A DNA stretch of 64,000 nucleotides from Azolla caroliniana (lineage: Eukaryota > Plantae > Polypodiophyta), in contig JBHGNT010000006.1 of the NCBI GenBank assembly GCA_043228905.1, positions 18,910,001-18,974,000 on the forward strand, read 5' to 3'. Numbering within the stretch: the stretch's first letter is position 1; each line of letters opens with the position of its first letter. Under the pieces are notes generated by a model. That model was not told where the DNA came from. It did no database searches and worked only from the letters and a program-made list of their open reading frames with translations. Below are positions 26,091-37,865 of the stretch, piece after piece. Made by a program: the position numbers and the translations under genes.

Positions 26091-27174
26091 TCAATGATTA
26101 TTTCTAGCAAAGAAATAGGATAAGGTCAGACAAATAGTCATAACATCATGTCGTGATGTAAACATATCATGGACAAACATTAATCGATATCATGATCTCA
26201 CGTCAATACCCCTCTAGAGGTATGAGGTGAGGTTCAAGATCAGGTTACTATGGTAACACAAAGGTGTTTTAAAAAACCATGGGGGTGACAAATGAATGTT
26301 TTTCCCTGATCTCTATATCGATTTTTTCATGGCGGCTCCCCGAGGCTCAACCATGTATGTTCGCATCATGAATAGTTTATACACGAAAAAAATGTTAACA
26401 ATAAACTATGTTTCGATGCCCACATATGTGGTTTCGGCTCTTTAAGTCCTATTACGAGGACCCCGAAGTGCACTTAGACCTCAAGTCTAAACATGTGTTA
26501 TAGTCATATGTATCAACAATGTTGTATGGTCTTGGTTATATTTGAACTAGAGACCTCGAGAACAAATGCATTAAACACTTGAGCTAACCAATTAGGTTGC
26601 TCTTTTTGAATGTTTAATGTTTCATGCGTATAAGAGATATGTGAGGCATTTGCCCATATATGTTTTTTTAAAAGAAACATATATGTCAAGAGTCCTTATT
26701 TCCCCCTCGTTTACTACAAAATATGTTGGTACGTTACCTAACCTCAAGTCTCGTAATTATGATGGCATACGCCAAAGTGCAACCTAACGGTCAAGCCAAA
26801 TAAGCCCTCTTTTCATAGTAGGCCCACGTGGCCCATCACATGGTTACATCATTACGGATGCCTCTCGTAAGAATGATCTCATGGTGGCATCGTATCCATT
26901 TAACGAGGGAGGGATGTTGGATATGTGTGTCATAGGAGCGACCTCACATGAAGTGGCTTAAGCCTTACGTACTCAACACCATTGTGGCTATGATTGTTTT
27001 ATTACGTAATGAAATATCGAAGTGACCAACGGGGATGTCAACAAAAAATTGTTGAAAAAGGGATGGTGAAAACGCCATTCTCACAAAAATGTGAGGACGG
27101 CCACCAAAATCCTTTTCCCGACAAGGACAACATTCAATACAAATCAGTAATATCAAATATACACATATGTTTAC

Positions 27175-30100
27175 TGTAGAAAGTAGCGTGCGGAAGCAAG
27201 TATGAAGACAGAACAGAGGAAGGAAACACAGGTTCAATGGAGAGCTTAGGCTTACACGGTATACGCAGGAGAGACAGAGAGAGAAGACAAAAAACTATAT
27301 TCAACAATAATACTCAATCTGTACATAAGATGTGCTTAGTGAACACTTTTATACAAGTCCTAGAAGGACTGACCGAAGTACTGACAGTACTTCAATGCTC
27401 ATCAAGAGCTCCTACACTAACTCCCAAATATATTCCTCACGGAATATCTTTCCTAACGACCTCCCGGTTTACGCACTCGGCCTAACCGATCGGTCCCAAC
27501 CAATCCGGTCCTCGGCTTCTTCAGCCGATCCGGCCGATGTTGAGCTTGTCTCTCAACACTCCCCCTCAAGCTCAACTTGAGGCTCTTCGGGATCTTCACA
27601 GTGCCGGTTCCTCCTGGCTTCTCGCCTTGCTCGCGCTCCTCGACCTGTTCGACTTCGCGCGCTTCGACCCTTCCGGTCGGCTTGTCTGCTCATGCGGCCC
27701 TTATCAGCTCTTCTGTTGTTGCGGTCTTGACGCTTCTCTTGTTGCCTTTTCTTCCGCTTGGGCCTCGGTTGATTCAGCGTATCTGAATCAAACATCCGAA
27801 CCGACTCGGCTATCTTCGATTGGTTTTCGCTCTCGTCCGAGTTGGCTGTCTCCAACTTGTCTTCGGTCTTCTCGCCCTCGATGCCGTCATCTTCCCCATA
27901 CGTGGTTGGCTTCGACTCTCTCCTTTGGTTGCTCCCCTTCTGTCCGCTTCCGGACTTTTCCACGGGTCCGCCCTCGGCTTCTTCAGCCGATCCGAAGTCG
28001 AACTTGACAACCGAGTCAACACCCGAGTCAACCGACTCGGTGTCGCGGTCTCCGCTCCTTTCCTGCTGCCTTGCTTGGTCGTTTGGGACTGTTCTCCCCC
28101 TCAAGATTGGCACGTCGAGGTGACGCAATCTGAGCGCACCGGAGAATTGCCGCAACTTGTCCAGACCAAGAGGCTTGGTGAAAATGTCGGCAGTCTGCCG
28201 ATCCGTCGGAACGTACTGAAGTTCGACTTCACCGGAAAGGACATGCTCACGGACGAAATGATAGTGCACCTCAATGTGCTTGGTCTGTGCGTGGAAAATG
28301 GGGTTTTTCGCGAGCTGGATGCGGCTGAGGTTGTCGCAGTAGATCGTCGTTGGATCTGACACCTCCACTTGCAGATCCTTAAGTAGCCGCTTCAACCATA
28401 TGGCTTCGCATGTCGCGACAGCCGCTCCTCGGTACTCAGCTTCGGTGCTCGACAGTGCAACTGTCGGCTGCTTCTTACTGCTCCACGCGATCGCGGCACT
28501 CCCGAGGGAGAACGCGTATCCATACGTGGATCGGCGATCGGTGGCGTTGCTAGCCCAATCAGCATCGGTGTAGCCGACTAACTGCGCGGCTGCACCGGTC
28601 CAATATAGCAGTCCTCGGTCCTTAGTGCCACTTACGTACCGTAGTACGCGTTGCGCACACTGAAGGTGCTCCTCGGTAGGTCGCGCCATGAACTGACTGA
28701 TCACCCCGATCGGATAACTGAGGTCGGGTCGGGTGATGGTCAAGTATATGAGGTTTCCGACAATTTGTCGGAACCTCGTCGGGTCGCATACCTTTCCCGT
28801 ATCGGGACGAAGCTTGACGGTTCTGTCCAGAGGAGTCGAGACGGTCTTACAGTCGGCCATCCCGAATTTGAAGAGCATACTCAGCACATAGTGACGTTGG
28901 CTGATCAATATGCCTTCGGGGGTACGAATCACTTCGATCCCGAGGAAGTAATGAAGGTCCCCCAGATCCTTCATGTCGAACGATCCCGCAAGCTGGAGCT
29001 TCACGCGGTCGATTTCACCGAGGTCGGCGCCGGTGATGACCAAGTCATCAACATATAGTAAAATACTAACCGGTCCGAGTCGACCTTTCCAGATGAACAG
29101 GGAAGAGTCCGATTTTGACGTGACGAAACCCATCCGACGCAGTTGTTGCGTGATCTTCGCGTTCCAGGCACGCGGGGCTTGCTTTAGTCCGTAAAGGGAC
29201 TTCTTCAGTCGGCATACTGCCGAGGAGTTCGTTCCAGAGTGAAATCCGGGGGGCTGTACCATGTACACTTGTTCCTCAAGGTCACCTTGCAGGAACGCAT
29301 TCTTTACATCCATCTGATGTAAGTGCCACCCCTTGGCCGCGGCTACTGCGAGCAAAACACGGACGGTCGTCATTTTCGCGACCGGCGCAAACGTCTCATC
29401 GTAGTCGATGCCGTGTTTCTGCGCGTAGCCCTTTGCCACTAGCCGAGCCTTGTACCGGTTGACCGAGCCATCGGTGTTGTACTTGACCTTGTACATCCAC
29501 TACACCCGATCGGTTTTACCCCCTTCGGTGCCTCAACCAGGTCCCAGGTCTCGTTCTCCGCCAATGCGTGCATCTCTTCCTCCATCGCGGCACGCCAATT
29601 CGCGTCTTTAGCCGCTTCTGCGTAGCTCTACGGCTCACGCACTTCCGCTACCACGGGTCATGTACGCATAATGATGCGCCATGTACTCGTTGTATCTGAA
29701 CCGCAAAACAGGATTCTTCTGGCGGGTAGATCGGCGTAATCTCACATTAGCCGATGTCGAGGCCTTCTCGGTCGACGCGGTCTTCACCTTTAAAGACCCG
29801 TCACCGGTTCCCTCGGAGTCGGACTCGCGTCGGTCTGACTCGTTCCTATCCGTGCCGGAACCTGACACCTTCTTCTTCCCTTTCTCTTTGCGCGTAAGCC
29901 GTCTCCTCGGCTTCCTGCGCGGGGAATGCACAACCGAGTCTCCATTACTCGCTGGCTCTTCATTGGATTGGTCGTACCGACTCAGTCGTCCAATCGGTCC
30001 ACTTAACTGGAGTGAAATCGGACTCTCTTCGGGGGTCTCGATTTCGGGCTCATTTGGAGGCATCTCTGCCTCGCTGACCTCATCGTCAGAGCTCGTATTG

Positions 30101-32850
30101 GAGTCGGGGTTCCGAGTCGGGGGCAGGTACCAGGATGCGGACTCGTCAAACACAACGTCGCGGCTGACACGCGCTTGTTTGGTGCGAGGGTTATAGCACT
30201 TATAACCCTTCTGCTCGTCCGAGTAACCGACCAAGATGCACTTCTCGGCCTTTGCGTCTAGCTTCCTCCTTTTCTCATTCGGTATATGCACATACGCAAT
30301 GCTACCGAACACCCTCAAGTGTCGCAAGTTTGGCTTCGTTCCGAAATATAGCTCGTGCGCCGACACTTTGTCTCCAATCCGGTTCTGGATGTATACCGCG
30401 GTCCTTACCGCCTCGGCCCAATAGAACTTGGGCAAGCTCTTCTCCTCCAGCATTGCCCGTGCCGGTTCCACAACTGACCGATTCTTTCTCTCGGCCACGC
30501 AGTTCTGCTCCGGCGTGTACCTACAACTGAATTCGCGCCGAATTCCCATTTGTTGTAGATAACCGTTGAATTGACCGGAAAAGTACTCTTTCCCGCCATC
30601 CGACTGCAGGCACTTGATCTTTCGTCCCGTTTCCGTTTCCACGAACCCTTTGAGGTCCCGGAAACAGTCGAAAACTTCGCTCTTCCTCTCAATGAGGTAG
30701 ATCCACGTGTGCCGCGTGTGGTCGTTGATGAAGGAGACGAAATATCGGCTCCCGCCAAGAATAACGTTTTGTGCCGGCCCCCATACATCGGAGTGTATAA
30801 GGTCGAGCTTGTTCCGGCTCCGATTTCGCTCGTTGGGGAAAGGAAGTCGGTGTTGCTTCCCGAGCTGGCAGGCTTCACAAATTTGTGCCTTTCGGCCACT
30901 AAATTTGGGCAATCCGAACACTACTTGTTTCGATTGCATATCTTGAAGCCGCTGGTAGTTGAGGTGGCCTATCCGCTTGTGCCACAAGTCGATGTCCGAC
31001 TCGGTCTTTTGTCCCTTCGCGAACATTGCGGTGCCGCCGTCAGTGGAGTCGAGGATGAACATCCTCCCGTCTCTGCGCCCTTGCGGAATCACTCGGCCTT
31101 CTTCCTCAATGAAGCACCCGAGGTGTGTAAACCGAACCTCCATCCCTTGGTCGACGATCTGTCTGACCGAGACCAAGTTTTTCGTGATTGTCGGAACGTG
31201 TAGCACGTTCATGAGTTTCCCTTTCTGCCCGACATGGCTAAGGGGAACTTCTCCGACATTCACGATCGGATGCGGAGTGTCGTCTCCTGTTGCGACTACT
31301 GCAGGTTGTATCGGTTTTTCAAGGTACGAGAACCACTCCTTATGGCTTGTCATGTGGTTTGACGCACCGGAGTCTACGTACCACACCTTGTCCGATCTCG
31401 GGGTGCTCTGTTTCATTGAGTTTGCTTCGTGTCTCGTCACGAAGACAGACCCTTCTCCGGCTCTCCTGGAGTCTTTGGCATAGTGCGATCGCTGCCGATT
31501 TCCCTTGTCGGTATGTTCGGAGCCGTTTCCGGAACCGGTTCTCTCCGAGTTGGCGCGCTTCTTCCAGCACTCACTTTCCCTGTGGCCTTTCTTGCCATAG
31601 TACCAGCACTCCGCGATGGCCTTCCCTTGCCGGTTCTCATCGCTTCGACTCCCCCTGTTTCCGGAGGGTCCGGAGTTGCTGTCGGCATCACTTCGGTGCC
31701 TTCTTTCTTGATCTCGTCGGCCGCCTCCATTGCGTGCCGACTCGCCTCGTCCTCCACGTCCACGGGGCCTATCTCCCTCCGTGTACAACATTTTGCTGTC
31801 GGTATGCGTGCTTGTAGAAGCACCCGCGTGGTTCTCCTCTACCAGGAGCATCGACTGTAAGTCGAAAAAGGACGGTGTATTCTCCCGGGTACACACAGCC
31901 GTTCGGAACGCTCCGAACTTCGACGTCAAACCTCCGAGACAGATCTGGACCATCTCGCTCTCCTCGATGTTCACTTCTATGGAGGCGAGGGAGTCGCAGA
32001 TATCCTTGATCTTCGAGGTATAGTCCGCCACCGACAAGTCGCGTTGTCGTAGGTTGCTCAACTCCTATCGGAGCTGAAGCTTCCTGGCTGTGGTGCTCGC
32101 GGCGAAAATCTTCTTCAGATTTTCCCACGCACCCTTCGGCGTCTTTGCATCCCGAACATAGCTCAATAGCTATTCACCCACACACGATGCGAAGCAGTAT
32201 AATACCCTGCTCTCCGATTGCTCCCACGACGGGAAGTCTCTGTGTGTTGATTCGGGTGCTGCGTCATTAGCTCCTTCGACATAACTCCAGTAGCCGTGCC
32301 CGAGCAGGTACTGGTGCATCTTGTAGGACCAAGACGCGTAGTTGGTTCTGTTGAGCTTCTCTGTTGGAAGCGAGCTCGCCATGCCTCTATCCATCGTTCT
32401 TCTTGTTCTTCTTCGTCAAGCTGTGTCGGCTGCAGAGAGGTTCTCAACCCTCGCGCTCTGATACCATGTAGAAAGTAGCGTGCGGAAGCAAGTATGAAGA
32501 CAGAACAAAGGAAGGAAACACAGGTTCAATGGAGAGCTTAGGCTTACACGGTATACGCAAGAGAGACAGAGAGAGAAGACAAAAAACTATATTCAACAAT
32601 AATACTCAATCTGTACATAAGACGTGCTCAGTGAACACTTTTATACAAGTCCTAGAAGGACTGACCGAAGTACTGACAGTACTTCAATGCTCATCAAGAG
32701 CTCCTACACTAACTCCCAAATATATTCCTCACGGAATATCTTTCCTAACGACCTCCCGGTTTACGCACTCGGCCTAACCGATCGGTCCCAACCGATCCGG
32801 TCCTCGGCTTCTTCAGCCGATCCGGCCGATGTTGAGCTTGTCTCTCAACA
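27175..32850 (-). mobile_element. Young full-length Ty1/copia element with 384-bp LTRs and few lesions
   Basis: LTRs 27175-27558 and 32467-32850 with about 5 differences. TSD TTTAC. PBS TGGTATCAGAGC. PPT at 27559. Confidence 0.95.
27553..32394 (-). pseudogene. Copia gag-pol (gag, PR, IN, RT, RH plus charged extension) broken by a few stops and frameshifts
   Basis: ORFs 32170-32394, 29635-32061 (WYVDSGASNHM, SDGGKEY) and 27553-29496 (LYVDDL, ADIFTK). Confidence 0.92.
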
Positions 32851-34964
32851 TTTACTTATCACATATATACGATCAAATACATATACACGTGACCACATAT
32901 GCATACATTAAACAAATCGTTACATCAAATAGCCAGAATTGATGTAATAGAGATACGTAATCGAGGCATATTCCCTCTACGCACACGAAACATCCAAAAA
33001 TAAGGGTTCATCGTGATACGCAATTGAGGTATTGACCTCTTACGCATACGAGACCAACCGTATATCCTTTACAACGAAATCGAGGTATTGAACTCATACG
33101 CATACCTAGCATATGTATGTGAGCGTAATACGCAATTGAGGTATTAACCTTGTTCACATATGACACTAATCACATATTCAATATATGTCAAATGAGGTAT
33201 TGATCTCATACACATATGTAAACATTTTATACAACCAATTAATTACCACTACAACATCATTAAATTAATGAAAACAATTACATATAGACTATACACATGA
33301 TTAGATGGGAGAAGAAAAAATGGAAGAAAAAAGAGAGAGGAAAGAGTTACCAAAGTTCCTTTGTTGATCGTTGTTTGGATCAAGGCCGACCGCACATCGA
33401 TCGATCACCATCAATCAACAAGACAAAAGACAACAAAAGAAACATTAGAACATAGGCTCTGAAACCAACTATTAGAGACATGAACTAATGTAAGCATAAA
33501 ATGAGGATAAACAATATATCTAGATAGAAAGGAGAGAGAGAAAGAAGGGTGTCGATCCACCCGACCACCCCCGAGTGAAGGGATCGAGAGGGACTCGAGC
33601 CTTGATTGGCGTCCCATACCACCGCCGTGGCGTCGAATCGTACCTGGTGCTGGCATGCTCGCTACAAGAGTTTGCCCACAACAAGATAGAGTCTCGACGT
33701 AGTCAACAAGATAATGAAATGATGGTAGCTAGGCCTCTTATTTATAGCGATACCCAAGACCCCCAGGCAAGTTCACACTTGGCCTAATGGGTTGTCTATA
33801 TCCCGAGGATTGAAAGTAATCCTCCCCTTCTTTACACTCTCATTTAACCCTCACACTTATCCACGTATATAGAATACTACGGTAAATTCTCACCACAGGA
33901 TATTATACGATCATGCCCGTAACACTACCAGTGCATACGGTACAAACTTCATATCCTCCCCCTCCAAACCGGATGTAGGGTAGTCTCGCTGAGACAGCCG
34001 AAGATTAATGGGGAGTGGGGTCGAAGCAAAATTGGCCGAGTGCATGTTGAAGTGCTCCAGGACATGTTTGATGTAGTCGGCTTGGGACAAAAACAATTGT
34101 CGCTGATTCCAAAACCCTAAACCGGTCGAAGAGTAGCATGTCATCTACGTATAATATGAGGAAAATGGGAGACCCATTTGGAGTTGTTTTGGTGAAGAGA
34201 CAATGGTCCTCATTGCTCTTGGAGAAGCCGACCGATTGTATGAAATCGTCAAACTTCTTATACCATTGCCAATGTCGTGCCTTTCAGCGTTGGATCGTTG
34301 TGTGGGTTAGGTGGTAACCGCTAGGCTTTTGGACTAGGAGGAGGAAGAATTTGAGGCGAATCTAGTTATGAATAAATTATAAGAGACAGAGAAATAGAAA
34401 CTTGTGAATCCCACAAGTATAATGTATTTTATTAATCAATATTTAGATAAGAATATGAATAGATTGAAAGAAAGAGATATAGAAAACTTGTGAATCCTAC
34501 GAGTATAATGTATGTATTTTATACCCTAATAATTTTTCACACATAAAATTTCCACACCCCAATTACAATTTACTCCGATCCTTATATAGTGATGGGAGAG
34601 GCTTAGCAATCCATGCTTTCTCTAACTATAGACTTTATGTTTTTTCTAAACTTCAAACACCAGGTCATTCGAAATAGGTAATATGTCGCAATTTAAGAAC
34701 AGTCTGTCCAAAAAGAGACAAAGTAGGTCATTTCACAAAAAGGACCATCGCATGCGTAAAGGTTTTTGGAAATTGAATCAAAATATATTTATTTATACCA
34801 TGTCCAAAATTTTAGGGCTTTCAAAAAATGCCCCTAATAATCGACACATGAAATTTACAAGAGAACTTACAAAAATTTCAAAATGACGAACATGTATATT
34901 TATACATATTTGAGCATCACCATATTGATGTAACATACAATATTTACATTTCATATATGAGATA

Positions 34965-36719
34965 CATCACTTCCCAAAGATATGCCTTCCCCTTCAGACC
35001 CCTTCGATGAACTAGAAGAGCGTTGTGAGGTCTCATCCTCATCATCACTAGCAACCAATGCATTGTCTTCATCCAATTGCAATCCAACGTCACCGTGATT
35101 ATGAGACATACTCCTTGTTCATATCTGTAATGCGTCAACATGCACATATGGGACCTTCTCTTTTATTATCTTGATTGTAGTTTGTCTTAGATGGCCTGTT
35201 TTGGTCAAGGAGAAGTCATACACAAGTATGTTGACATTATCAAGTGCTAGACTAGACATGCTTGGTAGATTCTTTCTTCTTCGCTTTCTGCTTGTGCCTT
35301 CGACATCCTTAACCATCTCTAAAGAGTACTTCCCAGTAAATGCATCTTTGGAAGAGGTATGATACCAATGAACCATAATATACTTTACTTGATTGCCTTC
35401 ATCATCCTTAATAATTTCAATGATTTTGGCAATCCAGAAGGGATGGCCAATTTATCACCCCCAGCTAATGTTGCAACTAACATACCAACTTGTAGCTCAT
35501 GTAGATTGCCTTGCCACCTCGCCTCTGCATCATGTGATAATCTTGGTCCCACGTAAATATCTCTTTGTCATGGACGAACTAGATTATTCAATTCAAGATT
35601 ATCTAGTGGTTGTAAAGGAGTCGTGCTTGCCATTGATGGGCCACCAAGCACCCATTCGAATTGATTTTGTAGTGGCCAGTACCCTGTAAAGTGGTTATCT
35701 AATATTGTATATTGATGATTAAAGAAGACATCCCACTAATCCACATCTTGATCACCGGCGTACTTTTTGGTTCGCTCAATATTTTTCTGTTTTTCCTCAA
35801 GGCACCGCATCCAATATATCTTTTTCTCTTCAATTGAACTACCAACAACCAATCTTTTATGGTCGTCATAGGGCATTTGCTCAACCCCGTAGATTATTGC
35901 ATCTGGGAAATGCAATAAGAGCTTACATCCGTCTTGTGTCTCCCACTGCGAACTAGATGAGTATTAATTGGCATACAACTTGCTTTGGTTGTGACCGACC
36001 ACACCTTTTTGGATGAGGAAGACGTGGTTAAAACTTATATTATTAAGCGGCACAAGAACCCTACATCCAGTCCCATCACCATCCAAACAGAAGCGCTTGA
36101 AATCATATACTTCATCTAAATGTTGCACATCTGGCTTGGGGGTATAAGCTTCAACAACCAACTTTGATAGCACAGGAAGTGTGAAAGCATCGCACCTCGC
36201 TAATTTCTTGGAGAACCTACTAAACATTTAATCTATGTGACCATGTGTATGACCAACTAGCAAGAAGTTGACCTTAATCTTTTTGAAAATACCCTTGTCT
36301 ACTAACATGCTCAGGTAACCAAACACAATTGAGTTCTTGTTTTCTCTCGCCGTGTTGTCAAGTTGCACGTATAGTACTGGTGGGAGTAAACCTTGCCAAC
36401 TCTGCAGAACTCTTTGCATGACTGTAACGGTAAGATTAGGGTTGTTGAGGATATTTGGATAAGTTAAGAACACTTGAGGCCTTTTTGTCTAACAATACAG
36501 AAGACATCCTACTAAGTGCATCTGCACTAGGCATTAATCTCCAATATCCTTGGGCAATCTTCGAAAGTGTGGCAAAGAAGTTTTCTTCTGATCCATCCCA
36601 TCTATAATCAAGCACATGTATCTTTCTGCTGATTGAAGCGTTTTTTGACGATGGTGCATAGCTTCAAATCTTTCCAACGCTTGGCTTTCTTGATGCTCTC
36701 TCAATAAAGTCTTATATTT
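34965..36719 (-). pseudogene. Sola1/DUF7869-like DDD transposase copy A, C-terminal part
   Basis: Motifs IIDGMDQKKT, YVQLDNTARENKN, VNFLLVGHTHGHID and IYVGPRLS..EARWQG. Homologous to 43400-45090. Confidence 0.8.
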
Positions 36720-36754
36720 TGTTTAGAATGAACAATTCGTCCATAAAACACGTA

Positions 36755-37250
36755 ACTCCAGGTCATTTGAAACAGGTAATATGTTGGTCATTTCACAAAA
36801 AGGACCATCGCATGCGTAAAGGGTTTTGGAAATTGAATCAAATTATATTGATTTATACCATGTCCAAAATTTTAGGGCTTTCAAAAAATCCCCCTAATAA
36901 TCGACACGTGAAATTTACAAGAGAACATACAAAAATTACAAAATGACTAACATGTATATTTATACATATTGGTGAATTGCCATATTGATGTAATATACAA
37001 TATTTACTTTTCATATATGAGATCCATCACTTCCCAGAAATACACTTTCCCCTTCAAACCCACCCGGTGAACTAGAAGAGCTTTGCAAGATCTCATCCTC
37101 ATCATCACTAGCAACCAATGCATTGTCTTCATCCAATTGCAATCCAACGTCATGGTGATTATGAGACATACTCCTTGTTCGTCTCTGTGTTGCGTCAACA
37201 AGCACATCTGGGATCTTCTCTTTTATTATCTTGATTGCAATCTATCTTAG
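36755..37250 (-). repeat. Second copy of the transposase 3' end and downstream terminus
   Basis: Closely matches ~34660-35190. Confidence 0.85.
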
Positions 37251-37271
37251 ATTGCTTGTTGTTTTATGTTT

Positions 37272-37637
37272 TAGACATATGCCACGAAAGAAAGTAGGGA
37301 TTGAACCCAAGACCTCATGGTCTCTATTGGGCAACCCTACCACTTGAGCTACATATGCATCCTCGTATTTAATTCAACTTCATATAGTGTAGATTGAACA
37401 TTGGAAGTTCCTAGCTTGCATGTATTCTCATTTTCTAGCTTGCATGTATCCTCTATTTCTAGTTGGCTTACATAGCCCTACCTTCTTGAATAAATACTCA
37501 TGTGCACCTTGATTCTAATCAAGGTGAACAAACTGTCACGGACAAGTATAATAGAGTAGACATATGCCATGAAAGAAGGTAGGGATTGAACCCAAAACCT
37601 CATGGTCTCTATTGGGCAACCCTACCACTTGAGCTAC
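37272..37637 (-). repeat. Two ~80-bp tRNA-like (box A/box B) direct repeats, probably in LTR or SINE fragments
   Basis: Minus strand GTAGCTCAAGTGGTAGGG...GGGTTCAATCCC at 37272-37352 and 37557-37637. Confidence 0.6.
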
Positions 37638-37865
37638 TTTGACAAAAATCAACCTCAATTTAAACTAATTCATGTTTCTCCATAAATTTGGTAGTCAACA
37701 ATGCACGCGGTGAAACCAATGTCATAAGTCTACTAACCAAGTATATAAAAATAAAATTGAAACATATAGAAGATTATAAAGAATAGCATCCACCAAGTAA
37801 AACCCAAAATTTGTATTAATAATGTGAAATCCAAACAATACATTTCACGTTTTTAAAAGAGTCTA

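Larger units (their letters stand above)
22668..33924 (-). mobile_element. Ty3/gypsy chromovirus with internal RT/RH deletion
   Basis: LTRs 22668-23122 and 33470-33924. TSD CTACC. PBS TGGTTTCAGAGCC (Met-like). PPT GAGGGGGAGTA. Confidence 0.9.
21480..34270 (-). mobile_element. Degenerate minus-strand copia (3' LTR ending 21801, RH 22030-22660, RT remnant 33930-34270), split by a chromovirus
   Basis: Minus-strand PPT at 21802. Motif HHNTSKHIDVRYHF. RT rejoins across TSD CTACC (VPYALVV|GSLMYAMV). Outer limits approximate. Confidence 0.65.

Noticed and set aside
29681-32128. Many overlapping antisense and alternate-frame ORFs
   Set aside because: They are shadows of the GC-rich gag-pol frame.
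37272-37352. Functional tRNA gene
   Set aside because: Boxes A and B are present, but I see no convincing acceptor or anticodon stems, and the sequence is duplicated in TE debris.
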